DNA of 64,000 bases, taken from assembly GCA_040905585.1 (NCBI GenBank), contig JBBDRG010000011.1, positions 95,249-159,248 on the forward strand, read 5' to 3'. This stretch comes from Verrucomicrobiales bacterium (GTDB lineage: Bacteria; Verrucomicrobiota; Verrucomicrobiia; Verrucomicrobiales; DEV007). The position numbers were made by a program, and so were the translations under genes. The notes beneath the pieces were generated by a model. That model was not told the origin of the DNA and ran no database searches. It was given only the letters and a program-made list of their open reading frames with translations. The number at the start of each line of letters is the position of its first letter. Within the stretch, counting starts at the first letter, position 1. This document shows, in pieces, positions 55,819 to 64,000 of this stretch.

Positions 55819-57081
55819 TCAGAGATTCAGGAAAGTGCCCGCGATATAGCGGGTGATGGATTCCGGGTCATCGGGGGTTTCCTGATTGAAATAATAGGCC
55901 ATCAGCACGCGGCCGTCCGGCAGCTCGATCGAAACAGGGTAACCCAGATCCGAAGTGCCACCATCGTCTCGCACGACGATCTCGTTGGCGATGTCCCAAG
56001 TCTCGCCTCCGTCGTGGCTGAGGGTCGCCCGCACCCCGAACGGAGGGCGACGGTACCCGTAGGCGCAGAGCAGCCGCCCGTCGCTGAGTTCCAGCACGTG
56101 TGCGGGGAAGCCCCACATCGGGGTCTGCACCGGCTCCGACCAGGTGCGGCCGTTATCATCCGAAATGCATTGGAATACGTGGCCGTAGTGACTGTAGAGC
56201 GTACCCACATCACCACCTTCCTGCCGCACGCGCTCGTCCGCTTCCGGGCCTTCGCCACGTGTGCGCAACATGCTGATGAGGCGGCCGCTGCGCAACCGCA
56301 CCAAACTGGGTTCCAGAAAGTGCACCGCAAGCTCCGAACCTTCCGCAACCGACGTTGGTTCTCGCCAGGTTACGCCGCCATCGGTTGAACGCAGACAGAA
56401 CACCAGGGCCCAGTCGCGCGGGCGGCCCACCGTGCGGCTCAGGTCGTTGACCTGCATGAGCAGCGTGCCGTCGTCGAGTTCCACGACCTGGGCCCGCCCG
56501 CCAAACGGTGGCAACCCCGCCACATCGACCGGACGACGATCCGTCCAAGTCCGCCCTTGATCCGTCGAATGTCGCGTCCACATCCCTTCGAATATGCCGA
56601 TGAACGGCTTCCGCGGGCCCACCACCCGGCGGCCGGTGTGGATCTTGTCCAACGCCACTCCGGTCGGCACCGGCGCGATGCCCCAGCTGTAGATGCCCGC
56701 CAGCAAGCTGCCGTCGGACAGGACGGTCAGGGTGGTGTCCTGGGACGAGGAAAAACGTATCGTCTCGTCGTCGACCACCCGCTTTTCACCGAAGGTGCGG
56801 CCGCCGTCGCGCGAGCGCAAAAGCACCCCGCGGGACGCGGGATCAACGTGCCCCCGCAGTTTCCGGGACCGCGCATGGGCCTCTCGCAGACCCATCAGAA
56901 TGTCGCCGTCGGGCAACACCGCGAGCGACGGTCCGAGGTAATACATCGTATCATCGCGGTGCAGCACCACGTGCTCCATCTCAACCGTGGTATCGGCCAA
57001 CACCGGCACCGCCGGGCTGATCAGGAGGCCCGACAAAGCAGGGCAGAAAAGGGTAAGGATTCGGGGTATTCGGTTCATCAT
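55819..57081 (-). CDS. Secreted BNR/Asp-box sialidase-like glycosidase
   Basis: Five Asp boxes (SRDGGRTF, STDQGRTW, STDGGVTW, SDDNGRTW, SHDGGETW), plus EPSL and a C-terminal AYY. Confidence 0.85.
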   Translation of the reverse strand: MMNRIPRILTLFCPALSGLLISPAVPVLADTTVEMEHVVLHRDDTMYYLGPSLAVLPDGDILMGLREAHARSRKLRGHVDPASRGVLLRSRDGGRTFGEKRVVDDETIRFSSSQDTTLTVLSDGSLLAGIYSWGIAPVPTGVALDKIHTGRRVVGPRKPFIGIFEGMWTRHSTDQGRTWTDRRPVDVAGLPPFGGRAQVVELDDGTLLMQVNDLSRTVGRPRDWALVFCLRSTDGGVTWREPTSVAEGSELAVHFLEPSLVRLRSGRLISMLRTRGEGPEADERVRQEGGDVGTLYSHYGHVFQCISDDNGRTWSEPVQTPMWGFPAHVLELSDGRLLCAYGYRRPPFGVRATLSHDGGETWDIANEIVVRDDGGTSDLGYPVSIELPDGRVLMAYYFNQETPDDPESITRYIAGTFLNL

Positions 57082-57101
57082 GATTTTGTTGGGTTCGTGA
57101 T

Positions 57102-58634
57102 TCAGGAGGGATCTCGCTCGCGCACGACGGTCCGCCAGGTAAGTCCCTTCAATTCCTCCGCCGACTTGGTTTTATGACCCGCCAGAACGGCCAGCGCCGC
57201 GGCCGTCGCGAGCCAGCCGGGCAGCCCCAGCCAAATGAAGCCGATGCGTTCATCCGCCGGGGTGCCGAAGTAGAGGAACCAAGGAATCGTCAGATTGATA
57301 ACGCTTCCGGCGATGATGCCGACCACCGCACCGCGGGCGGTGCACCGCGGGAAGAATATGCCGGCGAGCATGACCACGAGCAGCACCCCCCAGAGGTTGG
57401 CCCAGACCAGATTGATCTCGAACACGGACGTCTCCACCTGCTTGCCCGCCGCGATGACGGCCAGCGCCAGACCGATCATCACCCCACCCCAGACCAAGGT
57501 CAGTCGTTTGCCCAGTCGCAGGAGCTCGGTGCCGTCACGTCGCTTCAAAATGTCGATCGTGAACACCGTGGAAATTGAATTCAGCGTGGAATCGAATGAC
57601 GACATCAACGCCGCCACCAAAGCCGCCGCGATCAGCCCGGGAATCGGCGACGGCAATGAGGTTGAGATGAACCAGCCCAGGATCCCGTCGGCCTCCACGC
57701 CGGGCGGCGGCGCGCCCAGCTTGTTGTAATAGAAGTAGAGCAGCAGACCGCAGAAATAGAAGACCAGCATGATCGGCAAGGTGCCGAGAGTCTTGAGCAT
57801 GATAGCCTTCTTCGCCGTATCGTAAGAGGAACTCGCGAGAATGCGCTGCACGACGAGCTGATCGGTGCCGTAGTTGGCCAACGGGGTGATGAAGGAGAAC
57901 ATCAAACACAGCCAGAACGTGTAGCGCAGGTGCAGATCGAAGGAGAAAAACTCTGCGGTCGTCACCGCGCCGTAGGTCCGGTCGTTCTGCCGGGCGAAAT
58001 CCCACACCGCCCCGAAATCGAAATCCGCCGCCGCCGACAACTTGAAGACAATAAAGCCCAGGCCGAACAGGATTACCATCGTCTGGACAAAGTCCGTGAT
58101 GATGATCGCCCGCATGCCCCCGATGTAGCTGTAGGCAATCGTGACCGTGCCGATGACCAATACCGTAACTTCCGGCGGCCAGCCAACCAGCGTCTCAAAC
58201 GCCTTCGCCGAGGCGTAAAAGATCATCGCTCCCGTCAGGCACCGCGCGATGATGAAGATGACGCTGCCGAGTGTGCGGGTGGATCCGCCGAAGCGACGTC
58301 CCAGATACTCATAAGCCGTGAATGTGCCCGCCTGATAAAAGAAGCGCAGAAAGATCCACACCGCCAAGGGCGTGAAGAGGAAGTAACCGACTGAATTGAG
58401 GCTGAGCAACATGCCGTTGCGATAGGCCTCGGCCGGCACCGCCACGAAGCTGATGGTGCTGAAAAGCGTGGCATACATGCTGACTCCGATCAGCAGCCAC
58501 CCTGTCCTGCGACCGGCCAGGAAATAGTCTTCGCCGGTTTTCTGACCGCGACGAATTCGTAGCGCCGTGCCGAACGTGAAGAGCACGTAGACACCAACGA
58601 CCAGCCAGTCCAGTATCGTCAGATTGGTGGTCAT
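57102..58634 (-). CDS. Sodium:solute symporter (SSS) family transporter
   Basis: EDYFLAGR, STISFVAVPAEAY, YEYLGRRFG, GGMRAIIITD, TDQLVVQR and AALMSSFDS. Confidence 0.92.
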   Translation of the reverse strand: MTTNLTILDWLVVGVYVLFTFGTALRIRRGQKTGEDYFLAGRRTGWLLIGVSMYATLFSTISFVAVPAEAYRNGMLLSLNSVGYFLFTPLAVWIFLRFFYQAGTFTAYEYLGRRFGGSTRTLGSVIFIIARCLTGAMIFYASAKAFETLVGWPPEVTVLVIGTVTIAYSYIGGMRAIIITDFVQTMVILFGLGFIVFKLSAAADFDFGAVWDFARQNDRTYGAVTTAEFFSFDLHLRYTFWLCLMFSFITPLANYGTDQLVVQRILASSSYDTAKKAIMLKTLGTLPIMLVFYFCGLLLYFYYNKLGAPPPGVEADGILGWFISTSLPSPIPGLIAAALVAALMSSFDSTLNSISTVFTIDILKRRDGTELLRLGKRLTLVWGGVMIGLALAVIAAGKQVETSVFEINLVWANLWGVLLVVMLAGIFFPRCTARGAVVGIIAGSVINLTIPWFLYFGTPADERIGFIWLGLPGWLATAAALAVLAGHKTKSAEELKGLTWRTVVRERDPS

Positions 58635-58641
58635 CCTGCGT

Positions 58642-58731
58642 TCACGTAGTTTGAAGTTTGTCCTTGGTCACGATGGCGTATTCGTGAGTCTTGGCGTATT
58701 CCCAGATGTCGGTATCGCTGTCGTCGGCCAT
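58642..58731 (-). pseudogene. Fragment of a DUF5615 PIN-like protein
   Basis: MADDSDTDIWEYAKTHEYAIVTKD matches the A.D..IW..A......IVTKD.DF core of that family; both ends are missing. Confidence 0.5.
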
Positions 58732-58937
58732 TGCCGCCTTCGGCACCCTCTGCGGTCACGCTTCGCGGCTTTCGTGCGCTGTCGCGCCGCGGCAGTGCCA
58801 TTCGGTTTCACTCCCGCCGCGCCATCAATCCTCGGGTGGCGGTTCGATCTCGTCACTCCAGCCCCACCGCAGCGGCATGTCGAGCGGCTCCATCGTGTCG
58901 ATGCCGAAGGGCGGACGTAATTGAAGACCTGGTCCCT

Positions 58938-59168
58938 AAATACTCGGAACGGCCCGACCATCGTCCCGGCCGGAAGAATCAGGTTCCGGCCCGTGGCAGG
59001 ACAACCGAGGGATTGACCGGATTTCGACTCGATCCCGCTCAGGAATGATTCGTATCGTGCGAGCAGCTCCGCGTCGTGACCGCATTTGCCAAGAAGATAC
59101 TTTTCGCGATCGTCGTTCGCAGTGTGACCCAGCGCCTCGATCAAAATATCGCTGAGGACGGTTTTCAT
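58938..59168 (-). pseudogene. N-terminal remnant of a PVC-type Ser/Thr protein kinase
   Basis: ILIEAL...REKYLLGKCGHDAELLARYESFL...GTMVGPFRV is the typical pre-kinase segment; there is no GxGGMG and no kinase body after it. Confidence 0.5.
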
Positions 59169-59345
59169 CTCGGGATTGTTGCCTCTCGGCCAACTACTTT
59201 CAATAGAGAACGAAGATCATTCACCTGGCGGCAGGACGTGACCTCATCAGGAGAAAAGGTCGAGTCGGTGACCCGACTCTGTCAGGTCGTGGATCCGACC
59301 CTGTTGAAAAGAATGTGGCAGACACCCTCCATCGCGTCTCTTGCG

Positions 59346-61796
59346 ATGCGCCTCGTAACCGGATACAGGTTTCGTGTGTTCAGGATTCTCAGCACGGGCC
59401 TTGCCCTCTGGTCGATGACCGCGATCGCGGGAGCGGTCGACTTCGAATCGGAGATTCGTCCGATTTTGGAACGCGTCTGTGTCGATTGTCACGGTCCGGA
59501 AAAGCAGAAGGCGGACATTCGGTTCGACCAACTGAATCCGAACTTTCTCGCGGGCGGGCATGCCGATACCTGGCACGACGCCCTCGACCAGGTGAACCTT
59601 GGTGAGATGCCGCCGAAGAAAGCGGAGAAACAACTGACTTCCGGGGAGCGCCGCATTCTGACCTCGTGGATAAACGATTCGCTCGAGGCATTGGTCGAGA
59701 GCACACGCAATGTCGGTGGTCGAGTCGCTTCCCGTCGTTTGACCCGATACGAATACGCGAACACGATGCGCGATTTGCTCGGAGTCGAATTCGACTTCGC
59801 CCGTGAACTGCCTCCCGAGCCGGCTTCGCCGGAAGGATTTCTCAATAACGGACGAACGCTCGAACTGTCGCCCACCCAGGTCGAAACCTATTTGGCCGTG
59901 GCTCGCGAGGCACTTGACCTGGCCATCGTGACCGGTGACGCACCGAAAGTCTCGGTCGTCGAACAGGAGGAAACAGCCGTCGGCAAGCTGCCGAGAAAAA
60001 AAGACGGCGGTGCCATTCCAGTGAATCCGGAGTTCGTTCTCGATGTGGAGGAATTTCCGCGGAGCGGCGAGTTCGAAATCACAGTCCGGGCGGGAGCCGT
60101 CGTCCCCGACGGGAACGACTTCCCCCGGATGGAAGTCTGGCTCGGATGTGTTCCGGGAATCATCCACGTGCCGCGCAAACTCGTCGGCGCGGTCGATGTC
60201 ACCGCTCCGGCAGACGACCCGGAGACGTTCGTCTTTCGAGGACGGATGGAAGATTACCCGCAAGCGGGCGAGACCCGATTCGGAGCCAATGTCGATTTCG
60301 ACGGCGTCATCGTCATGCTCGATTTTTTCGATGCGGATGGGAAAGAATTGAGGTATCCGCATCGCCGCTATTCGGATCCGCCGCCCAGGCCGAAAAAAAA
60401 GGGACAGCCCGTTCCCAAGTTGCCGCCGGCTCCGGAGGGGCCGCTGCTCGACATCGTGATCGAGTCGGTCCGCTACGAGGCGCCCGCGGTGACGAGTTGG
60501 CCGCCGCAGAGCCATGTCGCGCTGCTCGATCCTGAATTCTCCGGCCATTCGGAAAATGAACGCGCCGGGGCTGCCTTGGAATCGTTTTTGCCACGCGCCT
60601 TCCGCCGACCTGTTCGCGCGGAAGAGACAGCGCGCTATCTCGCCCTCTTCGAATCGATACGGGCCGCCAGCGATTCCTTCGAAAACGCCATACGTGAAGT
60701 GTTCGCCGCCGCGCTGGTGTCGCCCCATTTTCTGCACCTGGTCGATACGCGCGACGATTTCGCGATCGCGAACCGGCTTTCGTATTTGTTGTGGAGCACC
60801 TCCCCGGACCGGCAACTGATGGAGCGCGCCCGGAACGGGCGACTCGGGGACCCTGACATTCTCGAAAAGGAAACCGCCCGTCTGCTCGACGACGCCCGCA
60901 CTGCGGAATTCGTGAATCGGTTCGCGGATCAATGGTTCGATTTGGGCGGACTCGACCGGGTCGCGGTCAATCCGGAGTTCTTTCCGGATTTCGACAACGA
61001 CCTCAAGGCCGCCATGCGACAGGAGACGCGCGAATTCTTCGGGGAGATCGTCCGCGGGGACCTGAGTTGCCTCGAACTGATCGACTCGAACTGGACCATG
61101 GCGAATCGCCGTCTCGCCAGCCACTATGGCCTCGGCGAGGTGCCGCGTTCCGGAAGGTTCGAACGCGTCGTTCTCACTCCCGCCGACCGTCGGGGCGGCG
61201 TATTCGGTCACGGCGCCTTTCTGCTGAGCAACTCGAACGGCGAGTCCTCCCATCCGATCAAGCGGGCGGTCTGGATACTCGACCGCTTGCTGGACTCGCC
61301 GCCGTCGCCACCACCGCCGGACGTGCCGGACCTGGATCCCGGGAATCCCGATCTCGCCGGACTCAGTCTCCAGCAGCAGTTGGAAGTGCATCGCGAGAAG
61401 GAATCCTGCCGCAGTTGCCACGAGAATATCGATCCATGGGGAGTCGCTCTCGAACATTTCGACGCGACGGGACTGTATCGAACCCATGCGGCCACCAGGA
61501 TCCGGAAGAAAGGCGATGCGCCGGAGGGAGCGGAAATCGATGCGGCGACGCAACTGCCGGACGGGACCGAGCTCTCTGGCGTGGATGATTTGAAGAGATT
61601 TCTTCTCCAGGAAAAACGGCCCCACTTCGCCCGGTCCGTTGTCCGGAGGCTCGCGACGTATGCGCTGGGACGTTCGCTCGATCTGGCCGACCGCGAGACG
61701 ATCGACCGGCTCACCGCGGATTTCGAAAGCAGCGGCTTTCGACTCCGGGGCCTCATCGTGGATCTTGTCACCAGCGAAATCTTTACCGAGTCTTAA
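59346..61796 (+). CDS. DUF1592/DUF1588/DUF1595/DUF1587 cytochrome-c-type PVC protein
   Basis: CVDCH and CRSCH heme motifs, RRLTRYEYANT, ANRLSYLLWS..PD, SHPIKRAVW and YALGRSL. Confidence 0.9.
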   Translation: MRLVTGYRFRVFRILSTGLALWSMTAIAGAVDFESEIRPILERVCVDCHGPEKQKADIRFDQLNPNFLAGGHADTWHDALDQVNLGEMPPKKAEKQLTSGERRILTSWINDSLEALVESTRNVGGRVASRRLTRYEYANTMRDLLGVEFDFARELPPEPASPEGFLNNGRTLELSPTQVETYLAVAREALDLAIVTGDAPKVSVVEQEETAVGKLPRKKDGGAIPVNPEFVLDVEEFPRSGEFEITVRAGAVVPDGNDFPRMEVWLGCVPGIIHVPRKLVGAVDVTAPADDPETFVFRGRMEDYPQAGETRFGANVDFDGVIVMLDFFDADGKELRYPHRRYSDPPPRPKKKGQPVPKLPPAPEGPLLDIVIESVRYEAPAVTSWPPQSHVALLDPEFSGHSENERAGAALESFLPRAFRRPVRAEETARYLALFESIRAASDSFENAIREVFAAALVSPHFLHLVDTRDDFAIANRLSYLLWSTSPDRQLMERARNGRLGDPDILEKETARLLDDARTAEFVNRFADQWFDLGGLDRVAVNPEFFPDFDNDLKAAMRQETREFFGEIVRGDLSCLELIDSNWTMANRRLASHYGLGEVPRSGRFERVVLTPADRRGGVFGHGAFLLSNSNGESSHPIKRAVWILDRLLDSPPSPPPPDVPDLDPGNPDLAGLSLQQQLEVHREKESCRSCHENIDPWGVALEHFDATGLYRTHAATRIRKKGDAPEGAEIDAATQLPDGTELSGVDDLKRFLLQEKRPHFARSVVRRLATYALGRSLDLADRETIDRLTADFESSGFRLRGLIVDLVTSEIFTES

Positions 61797-61826
61797 CGCG
61801 AGCATGAGTCTTAACGCGAGCATGAG
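61788..61826. repeat. Perfect 18-bp tandem duplication at the gene junction
   Basis: (GAGTCTTAACGCGAGCAT)x2 + GAG; duplicates the upstream TAA and the downstream ATG. Confidence 0.9.
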
Positions 61827-63162
61827 AAAATCCTGGCACATCGACCGACGAACCGCCCTCAAAGGAGCCGGCGTCACCTTGGCGCTTCCTTGGATGGAGG
61901 GAATGTCCGCCGGACTCACCGCTGCGGAAAAGAAAGTCGCCGCCGAACTGCCGAAGCGTCTTTGCTGCGTCATGTTTCCCTACGGCGTCGCCGTCCCGAA
62001 AGCCGACGATCCGGCGCGGGAATGGGGTTGGTTTCCTACGGGGGAGGGAAAAGACTATCAGCTCACCAAAGTCCTCGATCCGCTCCAGCCTTTGATGGAC
62101 GACATCTCCATTTTCTCAGGTCTCTCCCATCCGCGCTGCCGCTCGATGAACGGGCACGACACTGGCGACACGTTTCTGACCGGAAACAATCTCGCCCCCG
62201 GAACCTACAAAAACACCATCTCGCTCGATCAACTCGCGGCCGGTCATTTGGGCGAGCAAACCCGGCTCGGGTCGCTGACGGTGTCGACCGACGGCGGGAT
62301 CGGTCCGCGGACTCGTTCGACGACACTTTCCTACACTGCCAAAGGGCAACCCATCCCCGCGCTGTCGGATCCAAAGCTAATTTTCAATCGCCTATTCGGA
62401 CAAGACAACGCCAGCCGCCTCGACCGGGCGAGATTGGAAAACTCCGGCAGCATCCTCGATCTCGTCATGGAGCAATCCGGATCGCTCAAACGGGCGCTCG
62501 GCACGGGCGACCAGATGAAACTCGACGAATTCGAGACTTCCGTCCGCGAAGTCGAGCAGCGGGTCGAGCGGGCCCGCGAGTGGCTCGACGTGCCGCTTCC
62601 GGATGTCGATGCCTCGCAGATCGCTCTCGACTCCGATCCCGAAGCGCCAAAGGCCTACATCGCCGCGATCTACGATCTGCTTTTTCTCGCCTACCAGACC
62701 GACATCACCCGCGTCTCCGCTTTCCAGTTGGGCAGCTATGGTCCCACCCGGGCGCGGACCTTTCCCGCCTGTCTCGGGCTTGAAGCGAACTGGCACAGCC
62801 TCGCCCACAAGGCCGGGAAGAAAGGCGGACCCGAAGCCATCGGCAAATTCGATCGGTTCCTCGCCGAGAACTTGGCGCGGTTTTTGCAGCGAATGAAAGA
62901 GACACCCGAGGGCGAAACTGGAGCGAATCTCCTGGACCGCACCTTGGTTCTCTACGGGTCGAGCAATTCGAAGACCCACCAGAACCGCAACTATCCGCTC
63001 CTCCTCGCCGGTGGCCGCGATTTCGGGCTGAAGCACAACCAGTTTCTCCGCTTCGACGAGAAGATACCGATGTCGAATCTCTTCGTATCGATGTTCCACT
63101 CGCTCGGGATCGAAGAGGAACAATTCGTCGACAGCACGGGTCCACTGGACGGGATTTCTTGA
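61822..63162 (+). CDS. DUF1552 domain protein
   Basis: IDRRTALKGAGVTLALPWMEGM, NTISLDQ, IFNRLFG, LLDRTLVLYGS and HQNRNYPLLLAGG; usual partner of DUF1592. Confidence 0.9.
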   Translation: MRKSWHIDRRTALKGAGVTLALPWMEGMSAGLTAAEKKVAAELPKRLCCVMFPYGVAVPKADDPAREWGWFPTGEGKDYQLTKVLDPLQPLMDDISIFSGLSHPRCRSMNGHDTGDTFLTGNNLAPGTYKNTISLDQLAAGHLGEQTRLGSLTVSTDGGIGPRTRSTTLSYTAKGQPIPALSDPKLIFNRLFGQDNASRLDRARLENSGSILDLVMEQSGSLKRALGTGDQMKLDEFETSVREVEQRVERAREWLDVPLPDVDASQIALDSDPEAPKAYIAAIYDLLFLAYQTDITRVSAFQLGSYGPTRARTFPACLGLEANWHSLAHKAGKKGGPEAIGKFDRFLAENLARFLQRMKETPEGETGANLLDRTLVLYGSSNSKTHQNRNYPLLLAGGRDFGLKHNQFLRFDEKIPMSNLFVSMFHSLGIEEEQFVDSTGPLDGIS

Positions 63163-63297
63163 GAAGATCTGTCCCGATCGGAATTCCTCGGCCTGATTTT
63201 CAGTTCGATCGATGGAAGCAGCAGTGATAAACCTCTCCCTCCCCGTCTTCCCTCCAAGGCACTCCAAACGCGGGCTGACTGCGGGGATGTTGAATCG

Positions 63298-64000
63298 ATG
63301 AAACGTCTCTTCCTGCTTGTCGCCATCGTTCTGCCGACGGCCGTGGCGGCTGACCCCATCGCTCTCGAAAACCGGCGTGAACTCTTCGTCGACGATTTCC
63401 TCATCGAAAAATTCGACGGTGCCGAGCTCAAATTGCACCAGCCCGTTCCTCAGGAGATCGCGATCCTGCATGACGCGCCGTGGGAAGGAGAGACTTCGGC
63501 TTATCACACGGTGTTTCAGGACGGCGACCTCTACCGGATGTATTATCGCGGGTCGGGAGGCGGGAGGCGGCGGGGGCGTCTGATGGAACGCCATCACATG
63601 AGTCACGAAACGGCCTGCTACGCAGAAAGCCGGGACGGCATCCATTGGACCAAACCGGAACTGGGGCTATTCGAACACGACGGATCCACCGCGAACAACA
63701 TCGTCTGGGCGGGACCCGGCGGGCACAACTTCGCTCCGTTCAAAGACAGCAACCCCGACTGCTCTCCGGAGCATCGCTACAAGGCGCTGGCCTTCATGCA
63801 CGACGACGAGGCGCTGGCCGAGGGGCGCCGCGTTCGTTATCTCTACGCGTTTCATTCGTCCGACGCGATTCATTGGCAGCTCACGCAGGAGGAACCGGTC
63901 ATGAGCGACGGCGCGTTCGACTCGCTCAACGTGGCCGCGTGGGACGAGCGGCGCGGATGTTACGTCGCGTTCGTGCGCAAGAACCGGCCCGGGTTCGGAC
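63298..64000 (+). CDS. Secreted beta-propeller glycoside-hydrolase-like protein, partial; paralog of 27380..28819
   Basis: Own translation: MKRLFLLVAIV...RRELFVDD...DAPWEG...YRMYYRG...YAESRDGIHWTKP...HNFAPFKDSNPDC...SSDAIHW...FDSLN; runs off the right edge. Confidence 0.75.
   Translation, partial: MKRLFLLVAIVLPTAVAADPIALENRRELFVDDFLIEKFDGAELKLHQPVPQEIAILHDAPWEGETSAYHTVFQDGDLYRMYYRGSGGGRRRGRLMERHHMSHETACYAESRDGIHWTKPELGLFEHDGSTANNIVWAGPGGHNFAPFKDSNPDCSPEHRYKALAFMHDDEALAEGRRVRYLYAFHSSDAIHWQLTQEEPVMSDGAFDSLNVAAWDERRGCYVAFVRKNRPGFG

Overview
GC-rich (roughly 65% by eye) bacterial chromosome segment, very probably from the PVC superphylum and most likely Verrucomicrobiota. That call is inferred from DUF1549/DUF1553+DUF1501 and DUF1592+DUF1552 gene pairs, several sulfatases, and Verrucomicrobia-type LexA boxes. 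Housekeeping genes (carB, DEAD-box helicase, proBA, tRNA-Arg(CCG), uvrA) are interspersed with many secreted or glycan-degrading proteins and several decayed mobile or gene remnants: an IS66 end, a four-helix-bundle cassette between heptamer arrays, and Kelch, Ser/Thr kinase and PIN-like fragments. Most long overlapping ORFs in the supplied track are GC-rich shadow frames. Strongest candidates for something new: (1) a C5-cytosine methyltransferase plus putative PD-(D/E)XK nuclease pair directly behind a perfect Verrucomicrobia LexA box (TGTTC-TAAA-GAACA), i.e. a possibly SOS-inducible restriction-modification-like module, with a second near-perfect box in front of an apparently inactive HNH-like gene; (2) a secreted phosphatase + secreted atypical kinase-like protein + PepSY-DUF4956 cluster; (3) two perfect divergent sigma-54 promoters, one with no annotated target; (4) a symporter-sialidase-pyruvyltransferase-Kelch operon. 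All family assignments come from motif recognition by eye; no database search was run.
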